Below, piece after piece: positions 55,609 through 58,822 of a stretch of 58,822 nucleotides of DNA. Location of the stretch: positions 1 through 58,822 of the forward strand of contig JAHISK010000130.1 in NCBI GenBank assembly GCA_018818105.1, given 5' to 3'. Each line of letters starts with the position of its first letter. Position 1 is the stretch's first letter. The notes under the pieces are model-generated. The model did not search any database, was not told the origin of the DNA, and saw nothing but the letters and a program-made list of their open reading frames with translations. The position numbers and the translations under genes are program-made. This DNA comes from Candidatus Omnitrophota bacterium. GTDB taxonomy: Bacteria > Omnitrophota > Gorgyraeia > Duberdicusellales > 4484-171.

Positions 55609-55863
55609 TCACGGGGCAAATGTTCGAATACTATTCCTAATATCTCTTTTTTTAGATTCGTTATAATCATTTCCATTGTCACAGAATAACATCCCGTTCG
55701 CGTCTTTGATGTTATCAACCGCTACCTGCATGTAGTCAAGTCGAGACTTAACCCCCTTTATAAAAATGTTGTGATTACAGACTTGACCCCTTTTTTTATA
55801 ACCTAATCTCCCACTTGCCGCCTTTATCGCTTTTTTACCTGAAACTACGGGGAGTCTGCTCAT
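55609..55863 (-). pseudogene. hicA: Disrupted HicA toxin
   Basis: MSRLPVVSGKKAIKA..LGY start, then homology is lost where AGACTT(G/A)ACCCCT repeats occur; no intact GSH motif. Confidence 0.65.
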
Positions 55864-56078
55864 ACATGAACCTCAACTAACGTTTCTTTTATCCCTTTAT
55901 GGCTAAAAATCGGCAGTCCATCTTCAGCTAATAGCCTTATATGGAGTTTAATCGCTTTTTTGATATTTTGCGGCGCGTCTTGCTGTGTTGCCCCTTGCGA
56001 AATGCACCCAGGCAATGAAGGACATGTAGCAATCCATACTCCATCTTCGTCCTTTTCCAATCTTATCCTTATTTCCAT
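55860..56078 (-). CDS. hicB: HicB-family antitoxin; start revised to ATG 56078
   Basis: EKDEDGVWIATCPSLPGCISQG; GGAGG RBS. Confidence 0.88.
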   Translation of the reverse strand: MEIRIRLEKDEDGVWIATCPSLPGCISQGATQQDAPQNIKKAIKLHIRLLAEDGLPIFSHKGIKETLVEVHV

Positions 56079-56220
56079 TATTTTCACCTCCGATTAAATT
56101 ATACCACAACGCGAATAAAAAGCCTCGAATATTTGTGATATCGAGGGTGTGGTAAAAATTCGAGATATGGATGCCGACATTGCCACTGTTGAATTATTTT
56201 CTAAAAAAACAGTTCCGCCA

Positions 56221-56442
56221 TTAAAACGCGTTAAATTCTTCAACGCTAAGCTCAGCTTGTTTCAATAGTTTTTTAAGAATCCCTACACCTAATTCTTTAT
56301 GCTGGGGAACCGATAGCGTATACCGATATCCAATTTTCACAAGCATAACATGAGAACCGGATTGCCGGGCGATTGTCCATCCCGCGCGTTTGAATTTTTT
56401 TACTGCGTCAAATCCTGAACACAACTTAAGATGCCGGCTCAT
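56221..56442 (-). CDS. hicA: HicA-family toxin
   Basis: RQSGSHV, SVPQHKELGVGILKKLLKQA. Confidence 0.92.
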   Translation of the reverse strand: MSRHLKLCSGFDAVKKFKRAGWTIARQSGSHVMLVKIGYRYTLSVPQHKELGVGILKKLLKQAELSVEEFNAF

Positions 56443-56639
56443 ACTGAAACTTCCACTATTTGCGCCCGGCGATGCTTAACCTTGTCATTCATAACCGCTA
56501 TCCAACCCGCAATGGCTTCTTTGATGTTGGCTTTGGCTTCGGCTAAAGTTCTCCCCTGACTCACACAGCCAGGAAAAATCGGTACTTCAGCAACGTAATA
56601 ACCTGTTTCATCTTGCTCAATTATAACTTCTAACTTCAT
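56439..56639 (-). CDS. hicB: HicB-family antitoxin; start revised to ATG 56639
   Basis: EQDETGYYVAEVP.FPGCVSQGRT..EA..NIKEAI. Confidence 0.9.
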   Translation of the reverse strand: MKLEVIIEQDETGYYVAEVPIFPGCVSQGRTLAEAKANIKEAIAGWIAVMNDKVKHRRAQIVEVSV

Positions 56640-56882
56640 ACATTTCACCTCCACACAAATTATATCACAATTTGAATTTATATAAAACGTCTCAAATTTT
56701 AAATTTTCCCTACCGCCATCCCCGCAGTGGCGGCAGGTTTCATTTAGGGCGCGAGATATCGCGCCCGTTTATTTATTATCAAAATACCGTGAAGCTGAAG
56801 GGCCCAAATTCCTAGCGCAATTTTGATTTTCTGAACGCAGTCTATTCATAAAAGAAATTCTTTTTTTCACCTTTTTCACTTT

Positions 56883-58205
56883 TTAAAAGTAAGAAGCTAA
56901 ATACAATGGGTAGCTTCGGACTTTATTAACCGAATCAATGAAAAGATTATTCGCGCTAAAAATTGTTCTGTACTTAGAATTATACCTCTGAGCAAAAACT
57001 TTTAGGCTCTTTGCCTGAGTTACCCAGCCTGATTTAATTTCAATAGGCAAAACATCCCCATTAATTTCTCTTAAAAATTCTACCTCCGCGGATCCTTTTT
57101 TCCAGCAATATAGCTCCTTTACTCCCGAAAAAAGGAATTCCTGAGCCGCAAAGTTTTCCGCGAAGTATCCTTTGTAGGTACCATAGTCATACTCCATAAT
57201 AGACTTTGGAGGCAAGTCGCTTAAAGCCCCTAATAGCCCTGTATCAAAAACATATAGTTTAAAACTGTTTTCCGCGATATGCGCGGAAAAAGGAAGCTGT
57301 CCGCTATTGACAATATGCGCTTTTATAATAAGTCCAGATGAAACTAACCAATCAATGCTCCCGGATAACCTTGAATATCTTCTAACTCCAGGAATAATTC
57401 CTTTAAATTTAAACTTCCCGGCAGAGCCATCTTGTTCCCTTGCCAATCGCGCGGGAATATTACGCCATAATCTTTCAATATGCATAGCATTCTGCTTACC
57501 TGAATGTTTTGCTATATCAGCGATATAAGTTGACAATAAATTATCCTGTTTTTCTCTCACTTTTTGCAGAGCGATAAATAAATCATCTTTGTATTCCCCA
57601 AAAGTTTTAACAATTTCCGGAAGACCTCCTGTTACAAAGTATATTTTTAATTGTTCCCAAAGATGACTGTGAACAATATCAGGGATAGCATCGATTTTCT
57701 TACGGCCTTGAAGGAATTCAAATGATTTCCTATCCCCTGTCCCTGCTAAAAACTCTTCAAACGACATAGGAAACATATTTAAAAATTCAACCTTCCCAAC
57801 AGGAAAAGATTCATCTGACAACTGAATTCCCAATAGCGAGCCAGCCGCGCAAATAGCTAATTCAGGTAATTCTTCCTGAAAATATTTTAGGCTTGTTAAT
57901 GCCCTGGGAGCATTCTGAATTTCGTCAAAAATAACAAGGTCTTTTTCTTTATCAATGGAAGCATCAAGATAAAAACTTAAATCCCTAAGTATGTTTTGAG
58001 GAATAAGATCTCCTTCAAAAATTTTAGCTACTTGTTTATATTTCTCAAAATTTAAATAATGTGCTTGAGAAAAACATTCTTTGCCAAAAGCCTGGAGAAT
58101 GTAAGTTTTCCCAACCTGACGCGCCCCTTTAAGAATAAGAGGCTTTCGGTCTTTTTTATTCTTCCACTCTATTAACTTACTCCAAATATCTCTTTTCATA
58201 ATCAA
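56883..58205 (-). CDS. AAA_14 ATPase with DUF4143
   Basis: GARQVGKT, FDEIQ, AAGSLLG, FPVGKV, PMSFEEFL, GGLPE, DTGLL, AEVEF...PIEIKSG. Confidence 0.9.
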   Translation of the reverse strand: MIMKRDIWSKLIEWKNKKDRKPLILKGARQVGKTYILQAFGKECFSQAHYLNFEKYKQVAKIFEGDLIPQNILRDLSFYLDASIDKEKDLVIFDEIQNAPRALTSLKYFQEELPELAICAAGSLLGIQLSDESFPVGKVEFLNMFPMSFEEFLAGTGDRKSFEFLQGRKKIDAIPDIVHSHLWEQLKIYFVTGGLPEIVKTFGEYKDDLFIALQKVREKQDNLLSTYIADIAKHSGKQNAMHIERLWRNIPARLAREQDGSAGKFKFKGIIPGVRRYSRLSGSIDWLVSSGLIIKAHIVNSGQLPFSAHIAENSFKLYVFDTGLLGALSDLPPKSIMEYDYGTYKGYFAENFAAQEFLFSGVKELYCWKKGSAEVEFLREINGDVLPIEIKSGWVTQAKSLKVFAQRYNSKYRTIFSANNLFIDSVNKVRSYPLYLASYF

Positions 58206-58395
58206 ATTATGCCATATTTATACACTTTTCGCAAGGACTTTATGTAATTATTGGGCACTTTTTAGCATGTCTTTTCCCAAAAATCTTTAAAGCCACACAC
58301 ATTCAACGGTTTTTGTCTTTGTATTTTGTCGAAACCATTTGGTCACGGCTGATTTGAACGATCCTATAATTATTGGGCACCTCTGAGTAGCGTCC

Positions 58396-58614
58396 GGTAT
58401 TGTCAAAAGGTTAATCACCAATTTTAATAATTTTCAAATTACAAATTCAGCCAAAGGCTGACCAGCCTCAGGCTGGAAATCTCAATATCCAATACTCAAA
58501 ATTCCAAACAATACGAAAACATTGATGTTTTGGTCATTTGAAAATTGGAATTTGTAGCTTATTTGTTATTTGGTGCTTGTAATTTGTTATTTTTATACAC
58601 ATTTTGACATTACC
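58396..58614. mobile_element. 219-bp MITE with IS1-like TIRs and a 9-bp target-site duplication, carrying a family A hairpin
   Basis: TIRs GGTATTGTCAAAA / TTTTGACATTACC (12 of 13 match); flanks GTAGCGTCC (58387-58395) and GTAGTGTCC (58615-58623). Confidence 0.8.
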
Positions 58615-58822
58615 GTAGTGTCCCCTTTTTCATAAATTATACCATTATTAAGGTTGATATAAAAGTCTCATATTTTGAAGGCAAAAAAACCCGGATATTT
58701 ATGTTTTTGGGGCGGCTAATATTTTATACGATGAATTATATCGGGGAATGACGTGGTCGTGGAAGGAACGTTGCCATAACCGTTTGTTGAACGGTTGCCA
58801 ATTATTATTTTTTACATTTTGA

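Noticed and set aside
56883-58205. Named anti-phage system, DGR or retron
   Set aside because: No reverse transcriptase, no template/variable repeat pair, and no recognised defence partner genes; DUF4143 ATPases alone are insufficient.

Overview
Low-GC bacterial chromosomal window with most genes on the minus strand. The gene content and intergenic style resemble Candidatus Omnitrophota/PVC-type genomes (inference, not tested). Housekeeping blocks: feoAB plus a metal transporter, yggS, manC-like, tRNA-Phe, aroC/aroE, leuA-ilvC-ilvN-ilvB-cimA-lysC-apgM, trmI, amrS, and a GH57/GH57/GH1 alpha-glucan cluster. Accessory content: three HicAB loci, two AAA_14-DUF4143 ATPases, c-di-GMP/two-component genes, pilD and pilB. 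Main observations: (1) an ECF sigma/ZAS anti-sigma pair and three identical promoter-like motifs (TTGAAAGAA-N15-CGTCTA) upstream of the anti-sigma, the spoVG-dprA-comM-yraN operon and a secreted beta-propeller gene, i.e. a candidate ECF-controlled natural-transformation regulon; (2) about 20 intergenic regions filled with 7-8 nt periodic repeats, mostly arranged as long imperfect hairpins, in several families and sometimes nested, one inside IS1-like TIRs with a 9-bp target duplication; (3) a ParA/Soj ATPase fused to a glycogen-binding CBM48-like domain near the GH57 cluster; (4) a three-copy MITE family, two RAYT remnants and an IS1202-like end. All calls are by eye from motifs; no database searches were run.
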